Notes: generated by a model not told the origin, from the sequence alone. Shown: positions 14,033-25,395, numbered from the whole stretch's first letter. The stretch is 61,686 bases of DNA, filler included, from Dugesia japonica (GCA_001938525.1; 6 parts of 6 records of this genome joined end to end with filler, not necessarily neighbours in it), one strand, 5' to 3'. Made by a program: numbers and translations.

Positions 14033-14850
14033 TTTGCGGTAAAATTGAATTATGTATTTTTGATCGACCATCTTCTCAAGCTGTAATTGAAAATGGTAGT
14101 TTCGAAGATCTTTTCAATGAATTCAATTTCAGAATCACAAAGCAATGTAGAGTTTTTTATAAATGGATCTGAAACAGAATATTTGGATTTAAATGATGCT
14201 TTATTGTATATTAAAGTAAAGTTAGTTGATAAGAATGGTAAAGATTTGACTGATACGGATGATTTGGTTCCTACTAACTATATATTTCATAAACATTTTA
14301 AGGATGTAATTCTTTCGTTTAATAATTTTAAAATTGAAGGTAGAAATGGATCTTATCTTCACAAAGCATTGATTGAAATTATAACAAATTATAATGGTGA
14401 TAGTAAAAATATATGTCTTACATCAATGGGATATGGAGCAGAAGCAGATAGAAAAAGATCTATTGCAAAAATCAAAACAATTGGCTCTATGCGGTTCTTT
14501 GCAACTTGATTTCATGGATCAACCGAAATACTTTATTCTAAGTGTCAATGTCCATATTCGATTGAAACGAACAAGGGGTAATATTTGTTTGGAATCTGCG
14601 ACTAATCAAGCTAAATATGTATTACTAGGTGCAAAATTAATAATTAGAGGAGTATGAGTTGAAACCTCAGTACTAGTTGCCCATAAAATGGGTCTAAAAA
14701 AGCAAAAATGTTGTTTACCCAATAAGAACCAAAGAAAATTGAGATTGGATATAAGTTTGTCAAAGCTTTAACAACATCGTCATATGTTATAATTTATGGA
14801 GTATTTGAAAAAAAATTTAAATTAAAGAAAACTGAACAGTATTAGTGTAA
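14029..14850 (+). pseudogene. Maverick major capsid protein remnant with internal deletion
   Basis: MICGKIELCIFDRPSSQAVIE.., VEFFINGSETEYLDLNDALLYIKVKL, PTNYIFH..FKDV, SYLHKALIE, LQLDFMDQPK, and C-terminal LRLD...YVIIYGVFE. Frameshifted, with an abrupt junction near 14737. Confidence 0.85.
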
Positions 14851-14852
14851 AC

Positions 14853-15060
14853 AATGCTGTATTCTTGAAATAATTGTAGTAAAGTAAGAGATATTGTTTA
14901 ATTTATTGATTAATCTATTAATTCCTTGCAGATGAAACGTAGTGTATCAATGTTACATGGATCAGCATATTTTAGTAAAAAATATTATTGCCTTAATCGT
15001 CAATACTCATACATCAAATCTATTTGGAAAACACTAGATAGCCGTTTACAATAAAAGAAG
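14853..15060 (+). pseudogene. Adenain-like cysteine protease remnant (N-terminal part)
   Basis: LIVNTHTSNLFGKH*IAVY resembles the IVNTDxxxxxGxHWxAxY motif; directly downstream of the MCP. Confidence 0.6.
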
Positions 15061-15115
15061 CAACATTACATATGAAATCTTTATTTGTATGTATTTGTAT
15101 TATACAAAATATATG

Positions 15116-15190
15116 AGTAGATAGATAGTGGCACACGGGTGCAATTTGGCAATAAGTCAAAATTTGGGCACCATTATTTAAAAGCAGTTA
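15116..15190 (+). repeat. Candidate Maverick terminus AGTAGATAGATAGTGGCACACGGG (copy 1)
   Basis: About 75 bp is homologous to 16999-17075. The first 12 nt are the exact reverse complement of 16775-16786. Confidence 0.5.
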
Positions 15191-16998
15191 TCGAGCCCCC
15201 CTCCCCCCGGGAGGCTCATAAACACATTACGCTTAAACTGCGTTCTTTTAACCATGATATTTTAGTGATGATGATGGATTTTCAGAACATGATGAATACG
15301 ATGTATATATATATATAATAACTAAAGAAGATAAATATCATGTTCATGTAATCGATAGAGTAAAAGATAAGTTTATTTATTAACTTTAATTAATTAACTA
15401 ATTTGTTTCTAGAAATAGTTAAAGATATTTTGGAAGAACAATTTTATAATTTAGAGTCGATTCAGTATATTGGGCTCCTGAAATATATTGGTATCATATC
15501 AAAATGTAAACCGGAGTTGGCATAGAATAAACCATTAGAATCTATTTTGATGAACCAATCAGTTGCCCATATTCTTATACATGTTGTCAACTAACAAAAC
15601 TTAGAAAGATTGTAAAACAATTTATTAAATAAATCTTAGTTAAATAAATCTTGTTTTCATTGTGTTTGTACTATTAATTGTTTTATATAAAATAATAAGA
15701 CAACAGTAATAAAATACATCAGTAATAACTAAAAGACATGTTCAAATTAAATTATTTATTAACATCAAATCTATTCTATTTTTTTAATACTTTTAACTTT
15801 TCAAATCTCTTATATCCTAGCATTTCTGCTGTAATCATTGATTTACTCGAATTTTCATATGAGATCTCTTCCTTCAAGCTTATGAATGATGCATCTGTTA
15901 TTTCTAATAATTTGTTGATTCTCGAAAACAATTCATTCAGCGTTGATTGATCATCTAAGCTTATTTCAGTAATGAGTATACTATATGTACATTTCTGAAC
16001 TTTAACAGGTTTCTAAATCAAAATATTAATACGGTAATCAAAAATAATATTACCTGGAAAGTATAAATCATAGTCTTCTTGAAAAAGTTCATTTCATATT
16101 GGTAATAATTCTGTGGCTTACCACATTTGATCTCACAAGATGACAAATTATCTTTTGTAATGAATTTCATTTTTAAAAAAATGAAAATATTAATAAAAGA
16201 TTTGCTTTATATAGTAGTAAGTGTGTGTGTAATAAAACTTCATGTGTGTTTCAAATTGAAGCAGTAAAACAAGCAATTTATTAATTTAATTTTAATCAAA
16301 TTTAATTTATTTTACATTTGTATATTAATGTTAATATTGCCCGGAGAATATTTAATGTTAATATTGCCAGACGGGTGTATTTTATGTTAATCTTAATATT
16401 ACTTTTACTTAATTCAAACAAGACATCATTAATTTCTCTTAAATTAAAACCAAACTTTTGAATTCCATTTAATTTAAACGAAATCATGATATTCACTTAA
16501 TTTAAACAAAATAAATAATGTTACCTCATTTAAATAAAAAAATNATAAAAATCCATCAAATAAAAAAAATGTATTATGTTATCATTACACAATCATGACG
16601 TCATCAGTGTACAGAATAAATTTCGACCAATCAAATTGCAGTATTACTGTCACAATTACATAATCACACAGAAAATTTTTGACCTTTTAAATCACAGGAA
16701 AAATATGTGCAACCAACCAAATTTCTGCCACTAAAAAAAATGGGCTAGGAGTGCAGTTTTTGGCAGTGCTGAATTATCTATCTACTTTTGTAATATAGGG
16801 TTTATTTGCATAATAACCATGTAATATGAAGTAATAATGTACATGCATGCTCATGTTATGTAAAATGCATGTTCATGACATGTTCGCAAAATTAAATAAA
16901 TAATATGAAATAATAACAAGTTTAATAAATAGAGTACTGTGGTTTCTTAATATTATTAAAAATTAAAAAATGAACAAGTTTGGTTAATAAAACATATA

Positions 16999-17075
16999 AG
17001 TCGATAGATAGTGGCACACGGGCACAATTTTGGAATGAGCCAAAATTCGGGTACAATTATTTTTAAGCANTTAAA
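16999..17075 (+). repeat. Candidate Maverick terminus (copy 2)
   Basis: agtcgatagatagtggcacacggg...attatttttaagca, a diverged direct copy of 15116-15190. Confidence 0.5.
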
Positions 17076-17957
17076 TTTTTGATCGGATCAGTTTTTTTGA
17101 TCTGATTATTTTTTTTGATCCTGAAGGTGTGTGTGTGTGTGTGTATTTTTAAATTTTCTTTGTGTTTGGGTTGTTCAGGTGCTTTTCAAAAAGTAGGTTA
17201 ACTTGTGTGTGTGTAAAAGACTGAAAAAAACGAGGAGGAGTAGCTGGAGATCTTGGAGATAATTTTTTTGGATTTCAGTGATGATAAAAAAGTTTGTATC
17301 ATTTTTCAACAATTTATAAGAATTTCAGATAAAATTATTTGACTTCAAGTAAATTAGATATTATTATCTCGCACGTTTTGGAATCATTTGCATTAGATTC
17401 TTCACACTCTTGTTCTTACTTATTATTTTTCTAACTTAAAATAAAGAAACATACTNAGAATGAAGTGAAATCTGATTTGGATAAGAAATAATTGAAAAAG
17501 TATAACTTGTTTATCAATATTTTGTTCTTAATAATGAATTATAATGTAGTGGGGCAACTTAAAACAATTAATTTATTGGATGTATCTGGTTTAATGGTCT
17601 TATATTTAATTATAAAAACCTTTATTTTCACATTGAAACCAATATTGTCTTGTTAAATCCCATATTTTCACGATAAACCCATATATTATTTGTCTTCAGA
17701 CATATTTTTCCATTAAATCTATTTGTTTAATGTTGAATCTAATATTTCTAATGACGAGACCCGTATTTTCAATGTTAAACTCTTATTTTCTAACTATGTT
17801 ACTGATAATTTAGTATTTAAAAGAAAAATAAACCCATGAAAACCAAGGTGCATGCAGGGAACCAAGGCTTATTAACCAAGGAACAAGGAGCAAGCAAAAA
17901 GCAGAAGAACGATCAGATGATAAAAATATACTGAAATAGTCATTTTATTTTAAATAA

Positions 17958-18089
17958 AAAGAGTAATATTTAGAGATAAAAAACAATAAGACTGAGTGAC
18001 AGTGAGTAATAGTTGATATAGCATGCTATATCAACTTTTGCTCACTGTCACTTAGTCTTATTGTCTTTTATCTCGAAATGTTACTCTTT
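17958..18089. repeat. 132-bp near-perfect spacerless palindrome
   Basis: 66-bp arms symmetric about GCA|TGC (18021-18026), with scattered substitutions and no net indel. Confidence 0.9.
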
Positions 18090-19209
18090 AAATATTAAGA
18101 TCCAATAGAAATTAGAGAAAAAACCATAATCGCAAATAACGTATTTGTGGCTAAAATTCAGAATGACTCCACTAGGTATAACCATCATTGGTAGTCCGCG
18201 TTAGAAAGTTTTACAGTTTACTGGTCAGTGGTTTATTTCTTGTTGAGAACTATAGAGCACTGTTTTTCTAACGGTGATTCACGTTAGAAATTTTTTATAG
18301 TTTACTGTTCTACGATGCGTATTTGGTTAAGAAACACGGATTTAGATGAAATTTTTTTACCATTACCTATTGATTTCTCTTTTGTAATTTTAGTAATTTT
18401 ATAATATTTTAAATAAAAAACTCAATAATTTTTTATGTAATTAAATTTAGATTTGTTTTAATTTTGTTCACATTTTAATTAGTTTAAAATTATTGCTTTT
18501 TAATATTTCGATAATTTACNNNNNNNNNNNNNNNNNNNNNNNNNNNNNNNNNNNNNNNNNNNNATTTATTCTTATTTCACATTATCTAATTTTATTTTGT
18601 TATATTTATTGTTGTTTTACTAAAATAGAATACGGTTTATCAGTAAAATACAGAAATGAAATAACGTAACCGGTTATTATAAACAGTAAAACAAAATTTT
18701 ATATTTAAAATCATATTGTGCTGCACAAATAACAAATTGCGAATTGTATGCTAGCTAAAATGATTTTAGATTTTGTAATATAATTTTAGAATTTCATTTA
18801 AAAGTACAATTCCAAGTCATAGTTGATAAATTTGGTTTTGTAATTCTCTTTTTTTCGGTGATTTTATTGAAACTTATATATTGGTTTAATTAAACGATAA
18901 TTTCAATATTCAAGAAGTTTGTAAAATCACAAGAAATTATTTAAACAAAATTTATTGATTAAAACAATAGTTAAATTTTTTTTATGATAACAATAGATTA
19001 TTAATAAAACCAAATCTGTGTATAATGAGCACTGCATATCCTGAACATTTCATATAATGAACAAAATTTAAAAATTTTCAACAATCCTATGGAAAATTTA
19101 TCCATTTTCATTATATTGTTCGTACATTGTGAACAGTAAACACAGTTTTTAATAATTTCATAAAGCAATATATAATTTGTTTTAATTTTATAATTCGTTT
19201 AACTTCGTA

Positions 19210-19680
19210 TAATGAACAATTGAAAAGTAAGAACGAGGACGAATTTAACGTTTCAACAAAACAGAAAATATCAAGTTAAATAAGGAACAGATAAAAAATC
19301 AGAAAATTCTTGCTGTGAAGTATAGAATTTCTGTTGGTCTTGTCAATAAACTATTACATTATGATGGAAAAGCCCGTATTCTAGAAAGGTTGCAAAGAAA
19401 ACGTGATAATTACTTAAGAAAAACAAAGCAAATTGAACCTATTCTGTACCAATGGTTTCAGTATCAACGCTGCAAAAATATTACAATTAGTGATGAAATT
19501 TTAAAGTGTTGGATATATAAAAAAAGCTCAATGTAGAAGATTTCAAAGCGTCAAATGGCTGGCTTAGTTCGTTTTAAAGCAGAAATTATATCTATCAAAA
19601 CAAATTTGTGGAGAGGCAAAAACCATTTAGTCAGATGTCGTTACAAATTTTAAGGAAGAATTGAGTGAAAACTAATAAAA
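19210..19680 (+). pseudogene. pogo/Tigger transposase N-terminal remnant (CENP-B HTH)
   Basis: IEPILYQWFQYQRCKNITISDEILK, then after a frameshift FKASNGWL and ICGEAK. Confidence 0.8.
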
Positions 19681-20170
19681 TATTATACTTACTTGTTTGA
19701 CTCGTAATTTTGCGTGTTTCATTTGTATTTCCTTGCATTCATATATACATGAATATTTTATGTTGTGTTTTTATAATTAAGATAGCTGACCAATCAAAAT
19801 AGTTTGTTCACTAAAAGTTATATCATGAACACTCATTTTTTGTGGTCCTTATACACAGATTTAAATAAAAAATATGCGGTTTCATAATTTTAAGTAATAA
19901 TTAAAAGAAAACAAACATATCGATATGTAAATATAATTTTTCGTTTAAATATAAATTTTTCATGTTTCAAAATCATTTTCTCAGAAAAGTAAAAATTGTC
20001 TTTTATAAGCTATATAAATTTCTTTTCTTTTTGGTATATGTAAAAGTTTAAAATTAAATTAAGATAATTATGAAGAACAATAATAAAAACCTGATAGATA
20101 TTTCAAAAATGATTAATCAAAATACAACAAACCAATCAAACAATTTTGGTAGTAAGTATTGATTTTATAA

Positions 20171-20737
20171 TTGATTACTATATATAGAAAATATTATTTC
20201 TGTAACAAACTGAATTATCATATAAATTATCTAGTTCCGTTGAAACTATTTATAATAAATTCTCAGGAAAAAAATACAACTTCGGAATATATTTCAACTA
20301 TGAAAAATGAATACTACGAAGCAGATTGTTTAATTTTAAATTCCGAAATTACAAAATCAAATCAATTTATTTATTTTGGGATTATATTTATTATTTTAGG
20401 TATAATTCGGTTATTATTAAGCATTGCTTCCATGATAATTAGTAGCATGGGTTCTTTGGTCTGTATAATTTGCGGAATGTTATTAATCACTGCTGGTTTG
20501 ATGAATCTATTCTTTCATAAATTTTCTAATAAATCTTTTTTGATTTCTGATTTTATTTGCGAATGTCTTGCAATTATTTTGCAAGCTGTTTATATCCTTT
20601 TGTTAATTGTATTTTTAACTAAGCTTACTATTAAATTTCATACGTTAATTGCTTTTGAATTATTAACGGGGCTTCTATTAATTTTGATAGTGATTTATCA
20701 TTGTTACTTGTTAAGAAAATATCTTAAAAGGACGTAA
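20171..20737 (+). CDS. Four-TM membrane protein (CD20/MS4A-like topology), host gene; true start probably in an upstream exon
   Basis: Four hydrophobic segments. The track start is TTG. A phase-compatible model is ATG 20070-20151 with an intron GTAAGT..CTAG at 20152-20234. Confidence 0.55.
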   Translation: MITIYRKYYFCNKLNYHINYLVPLKLFIINSQEKNTTSEYISTMKNEYYEADCLILNSEITKSNQFIYFGIIFIILGIIRLLLSIASMIISSMGSLVCIICGMLLITAGLMNLFFHKFSNKSFLISDFICECLAIILQAVYILLLIVFLTKLTIKFHTLIAFELLTGLLLILIVIYHCYLLRKYLKRT

Positions 20738-20856
20738 TTTGATTCATTTATTAATAGAAATGTTATTAATATATACTAATTAGTTAATGTCTATAATAAA
20801 ATTATTTTTTGTTTTTTAGATTATTTTATTCTATTTAATGTAATTTTATATTTTAT

Positions 20857-20956
20857 NNNNNNNNNNNNNNNNNNNNNNNNNNNNNNNNNNNNNNNNNNNN
20901 TTAATTAATTAANNNNNNNNNNNNNNNNNNNNNNNNNNNNNNNNNNNNNNNNNNNN
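20857..20956. other. Artificial contig spacer N44-TTAATTAATTAA-N44
   Basis: Same 100-nt linker; it supplies the false stop of ORF 20905..21981. Confidence 0.95.
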
Positions 20957-21981
20957 ACTTTAAAATCATTCAATCTTTCAAATTTTGGTATATTTTTTAT
21001 TTCCATTGGCATAGTAATTCCTGTCCAATCTAACTTGTTAGTCTCTAGTTTAAATACTTTTTGATAATTAAAAACTGAATCTCCTAAAGAAGGATCAAGA
21101 TGAGCCATTATACAATATTTAAAGCAATTGAAATCATTATTTGGATTTTTAATATTTACAATTTCTGAAATATTATTCCATTCTGATGGTAAAGGAGAAT
21201 AATCTTGTCCAGCTAGCTGACCAACTAAAGANNNNNNNNTAGAAAGTTCAATTGTAAAAGAATTAAACTTTTCAAAAGACCAACCTGATCCTTGAGTCTC
21301 TGTTGTGAAAATATCTTTAGATAATTGATCCAACATGTTATCAATTACATCACTAACCTGATTGGACATTGTTATTTTCTCTGAATGAGTATGATAATCC
21401 TTTATCCAATTTTGATTAGTTGAACTACTTTCACCAACAAAGTCCTTTGTGTATGTAGTTGAACAAGTAATTGAAACTGCAACTTTCTGAAATTTATTCA
21501 AGAACAGATGAACCATTTCTTTCATTTCAGAAGAATAATCTTTTAAGAGATTAAAATTAATTCTATGATTAAATTGATAAATGTTTTCATTAGCTGGTTG
21601 ACTTTCATTTTTATAAATACTGAAATCTCTTTTCAATTTAATCATTGATTTTTGACATGTTTCAATTTCATAATCTCCAACTGGTGGACTATAATCTTTA
21701 AATAAATCTCTAAGATTATTAATTGTTCCAACTGGATTAGGAGTTTCAGCTAACTGAGCTACTTTTTCATTATGTTTACGTCCATTTATATGACTGTTGT
21801 AATTTACCAAGTTGTTAAAGTTAATATTACAAATATGACATCTTCTCCATACATTTCCTGCATTATTTAATTCAACTTTTCTTAAATGTGATCTACCTTT
21901 GAGATGAGTTTCAAAATGATAGAGACTTCTAAAATATTGATTACACAATTTACAATACTTTTCAATTTTAGTAGCACTCAT
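20957..21981 (-). CDS. Protein-primed DNA polymerase B, N-terminal part with two matrin/JAZ-type C2H2 zinc fingers; truncated at contig end
   Basis: CKLC..F..HFETHLKGRSH and CHIC..F..NSHINGRKH, followed by Polinton pPolB N-terminal motifs QGSGW, YSPLP, IVNIKN...CFKYCIMAHL and MPMEIKNIPKFERLN. The catalytic domains lie beyond the contig end. Confidence 0.8.
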
Positions 21982-22034
21982 TTCTTAAAGAAAAGATTTG
22001 GAGATACCGGGGGGGATAGAATTTAAAAAATAAT

Positions 22035-22745
22035 TCATTTTTTTATATTTCCTCCTAAAGGTTGACCAGTCCAGTTCACTGGAATCTGCCCCGCAAGTTG
22101 GTTCATTAATATTGGAAAAGTTTTGGCAAATTGATCTAGTTGTTCAACTAGTTGGTGTTGCAGATTGCCTTGCAGATTGTCATTATCCTTACTGCTAGCC
22201 AGATCTAGAGATTTTTTAACAAGTTGGGACTTGAGATTATTAATTATATCTTTTGAGGTTTTAATTTCTTCATTAGTTAATTCATCATCTTCCAAAGCTT
22301 TTACATGAAAGATGAATAATTTATTTTTAGTTTNNNNNAATAGTTTAATTTTCCAAGTATATTTAATTATCCTACTTCTTATTAAACTAATTCTTAAAGA
22401 TCCATGAGCAATAGAATAAATAATTGGTATTCCAGTTATTACTCCAGTTATTATTATTGGAATTGTAAAAGATAAAGTAGACATTAATATTATAGTTCCT
22501 GAAGCAATTCCTACTATAGTAGAAATTCCTACATCAGTAAATCTAACACCATTGTCAAATCTTGACCATCTTTTTAATAATTTGTTGTAATGATTTAGTT
22601 TATCATCAATCCATTCTAGATCACTTTCAAAATCTCTTATTCTAGTTCTATTTAATTTATTTTTTAAATCTTGAATAGTAAAATCTTGATTGTTTAAATC
22701 ATTATTTAAATCAACAGATAAATCTGGATAAAGTTGGTTAGTCAT
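22035..22745 (-). CDS. Maverick membrane protein with hydrophobic hairpin ('GasderminX'-like)
   Basis: N-terminal LYPDL, a coiled coil, a ~50-aa Gly/Ile-rich double hydrophobic segment, and KALEDDELTNEE resembling the KALxDxxIxxEEF motif of this family. Confidence 0.65.
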   Translation of the reverse strand: MTNQLYPDLSVDLNNDLNNQDFTIQDLKNKLNRTRIRDFESDLEWIDDKLNHYNKLLKRWSRFDNGVRFTDVGISTIVGIASGTIILMSTLSFTIPIIITGVITGIPIIYSIAHGSLRISLIRSRIIKYTWKIKLXXXTKNKLFIFHVKALEDDELTNEEIKTSKDIINNLKSQLVKKSLDLASSKDNDNLQGNLQHQLVEQLDQFAKTFPILMNQLAGQIPVNWTGQPLGGNIKK

Positions 22746-22752
22746 TTTTAAA

Positions 22753-23118
22753 TCAACTATTTTGAATTAACTCTAAAGAAAAATCTACATCTAAATTATT
22801 ATATATTTTTTTAGTTTCTTCTAAATCTGATAATATTTGAAGACTTTCAAAATGAAATTCTTTTTGTATGGTTAATGAAAATTTTTTAAAAATTCTTAAA
22901 TTATGACTTCCTACTCTTATAGGAGAATTAAATAAATTAAGTGAAGTTTTAAATCTTCCTACTTTTTCATTTGTTGGTATATTAGAAAATAAGTAAAATG
23001 GTGGTGAATTATTTAATGATATTAAAAATTTAATATTTTTAATTTCCTTTGTAGTATAACCAGTAATTATAAAATATAAAATTTCATAAGGTTCTCCCAT
23101 TTCAAAATAAAATACCAA
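22753..23118 (-). CDS. Hypothetical Maverick accessory protein (start uncertain)
   Basis: 121-aa ORF co-oriented and tiled between element genes; no recognisable motif. Confidence 0.45.
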   Translation of the reverse strand: MVFYFEMGEPYEILYFIITGYTTKEIKNIKFLISLNNSPPFYLFSNIPTNEKVGRFKTSLNLFNSPIRVGSHNLRIFKKFSLTIQKEFHFESLQILSDLEETKKIYNNLDVDFSLELIQNS

Positions 23119-23226
23119 ATTATTTGTGAAATAAAAATAATTAACTTTATTTATTTTTTCTAGTTTCCCTTTTCTATAAAATGAAATTTTATTTATTTTC
23201 TTGTCAGCTGAACCTTTAACTGTAGA

Positions 23227-23412
23227 TTATATACTTGGTAAATTATCTATTATTATACTTGTTGACAATTTGAATATAATACTTTCTGGAAGTATATTAT
23301 CATTAATTGAAAAATAATTATTAGTAATGTCAATTAACTCTTCCATCAGTTTTTTATTATAAATTTCTTTCTTTTGTTTTTGTATGTCTAATTTAATAAT
23401 TAATTCTTCCAT
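23227..23412 (-). CDS. Hypothetical small Maverick protein (may extend upstream)
   Basis: 61-aa co-oriented ORF within the element. Confidence 0.35.
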   Translation of the reverse strand: MEELIIKLDIQKQKKEIYNKKLMEELIDITNNYFSINDNILPESIIFKLSTSIIIDNLPSI

Positions 23413-23510
23413 GTATTTTAAATCATAATGATTAGTAATTTTTTTTATCTTATTTATTATTTCGGGTAAAGGATCATTTTTAGTTTGAACATAATATTCA
23501 AATTCATTTT

Positions 23511-23996
23511 TTAATTTATCAACTTGTTACATTTTTCTTCACTACATTTACTTGTTGAATCTTTAATTTGTTTTTCTAAATCTTCAAGTTTTTTCTCTTT
23601 ATTATTAAAAGCATCTCTATAAAAATTTTTAAGTTGAGTAAAATTTTCAAGTTGACTCAACATTTCACTTTTTANATTTATAAATTCTTTTTTACTTTCG
23701 CTTAAATGTAATTTATTACTTTCTAGTAAAGTATCTATAGTAACTTGTTGTTTAAGAATTTGTCCAGTAAACTTGTTACTAAGAATTTGTCCAAATTTTT
23801 GGATTTCTTTTTTAACCACGTTATTAACATAATCTCTATCATCATATTTTTTATTTTTAACTTCTTCTTCACGTTCATGTATTTTTAATTTGGTATTAAT
23901 TTTACTTTCTACTTTTTCATCAAAGTTTTCTATTAATTGATTCTCTAGTGTTTCTCCAAATCTATTCATTATTACATTTGAAAAACTATGAGTCAT
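23511..23996 (-). CDS. Hypothetical coiled-coil Maverick protein
   Basis: 161 aa, K/E-rich, ATG start directly downstream of the protease gene. Confidence 0.6.
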   Translation of the reverse strand: MTHSFSNVIMNRFGETLENQLIENFDEKVESKINTKLKIHEREEEVKNKKYDDRDYVNNVVKKEIQKFGQILSNKFTGQILKQQVTIDTLLESNKLHLSESKKEFINXKSEMLSQLENFTQLKNFYRDAFNNKEKKLEDLEKQIKDSTSKCSEEKCNKLIN

Positions 23997-24026
23997 TTCT
24001 TAATGGTAATTTTTAATGGTAATTTC

Positions 24027-24518
24027 TTAAAGCCATTCTTTAAAGGTATTTTTTAATTCATTAATTATTTCTTCAAATCGTCCATCCCAACTAGTTGATA
24101 AAGAACCTTCCTTATTATTCATTCTATAAATAAAATAAATACACAAGATTCCACAAATCTCAGTTTTCCAAGGTTGAACTTGAATCTTGTTGTATACAAC
24201 CTTATTTTTACCTTTAATAATAGAATCCAAAGGAGGTAAACCATAAGAATCAAAATAATATCCAGCCCAACTAGTTGGTTGCTGGCCTTTATTATCTGTT
24301 TGAACATAAGCAACCCAATGACTTCCTTTTTGATTAGAGTTTTGATAGTTTATTATCCAGTTTCCAACTAGTTGGAATGGATTAAATTCATCCTTCATCA
24401 CTATATAAACATTTAAATTTAAAAAATTAGCAATATTCATTAAATCAAAATTAGTTGTAGTTGATGTACCAAATGTTTTGAGAAAATCTAGAATTGTCCA
24501 ACTAGTTGACCAACTCAT
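24027..24518 (-). CDS. Adenain-like cysteine (maturation) protease
   Basis: IINYQNSNQKGSHWVAY (His), YYFDSYGLPP (Asp), QVQ....ICGILCIYFI (Gln/Cys). Confidence 0.93.
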   Translation of the reverse strand: MSWSTSWTILDFLKTFGTSTTTNFDLMNIANFLNLNVYIVMKDEFNPFQLVGNWIINYQNSNQKGSHWVAYVQTDNKGQQPTSWAGYYFDSYGLPPLDSIIKGKNKVVYNKIQVQPWKTEICGILCIYFIYRMNNKEGSLSTSWDGRFEEIINELKNTFKEWL

Positions 24519-24539
24519 TTTCTAACCAAGTTTATTGAC

Positions 24540-25301
24540 TTAATCAACTTGTCTCAANTGTAATAGGATATTAATCTTTTCTCCATCAAAATCTATTGTA
24601 TTAAAATTCTCGTCTACTATATTTAATTTTATTCTAGATATGAAATCTGTATTAATTTCTGAATAAATTGGATTAGCTGGTCTATCAGTTATCCTATATC
24701 CATAAGGAACTGTACCCATTGGTAAACTATGTAGTAAATTGTATTCTATATCATTTATATAATTACCTTGTACAATGTTGCAAATAATATTAATTGTATT
24801 TATATCAATAATATTAATTTTATTTTCAGAAATGAATTTAAAGTTTCCTGTACCATCATTAGATCCATTGATTAAATAACCATTTGGTAAAACATTAAAT
24901 CCTAAAATAGTATGAAAAAAAGAAGTATTATCAAATTCTAGCTTTAACTTTTCTTGAATGTTAATATCCTTGTTAATATCCTTGTTAATATCTTTTAAAT
25001 TCTTACTTTCAGGAATTAGAAAAGTTAATAATGCTCTACCTGATGATATATCAAAAGTTAAAAGTAAATTTTCTATTATCAACTTTTCTGCAATCTGTTT
25101 AATTTCATAAGCTCCAGGAGTTAGTGTTTTTTCTTTATCATTAATTTTAAATTTATTATTTTTATTATTAACATTTAAAATCATGTTGGATGTAGTAAAC
25201 CAAATTAAACCAATTTCCCAATCTCCTTCTAGTTTTAAACCATTTGATAAATTAGTTTTCAATTCATGTTCTTGACCAAATAATAAAAATTGATGAGACA
25301 T
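24540..25301 (-). CDS. Minor capsid protein (penton)
   Basis: LEGDWEIGL, PGAYEI, INIICNIVQGNY, PYGYRITDRPANPIY, IVDENFNTIDFDGE. First ATG is at 25301 (MSHQF); the track start at 25340 is TTG. Confidence 0.88.
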   Translation of the reverse strand: MSHQFLLFGQEHELKTNLSNGLKLEGDWEIGLIWFTTSNMILNVNNKNNKFKINDKEKTLTPGAYEIKQIAEKLIIENLLLTFDISSGRALLTFLIPESKNLKDINKDINKDINIQEKLKLEFDNTSFFHTILGFNVLPNGYLINGSNDGTGNFKFISENKINIIDINTINIICNIVQGNYINDIEYNLLHSLPMGTVPYGYRITDRPANPIYSEINTDFISRIKLNIVDENFNTIDFDGEKINILLXLRQVD

Positions 25302-25395
25302 AACCGAGCGAACGAAGTGAGTGAGGTTTCTATAAAGCAATTTATTATAGATTTTATTTTAACCTTGTTTCAAACTAGATGTAAAAAGCACTCGC

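Larger units (their letters stand above)
12630..15060 (+). mobile_element. Decayed Maverick/Polinton structural module: penton, core protein, major capsid, adenain
   Basis: Four co-linear pseudogenes (listed separately) in a typical Maverick order. Confidence 0.85.

Noticed and set aside
20905-20956. Stop codon and C-terminus of the 358-aa ORF
   Set aside because: Supplied by the artificial TTAATTAATTAA linker.
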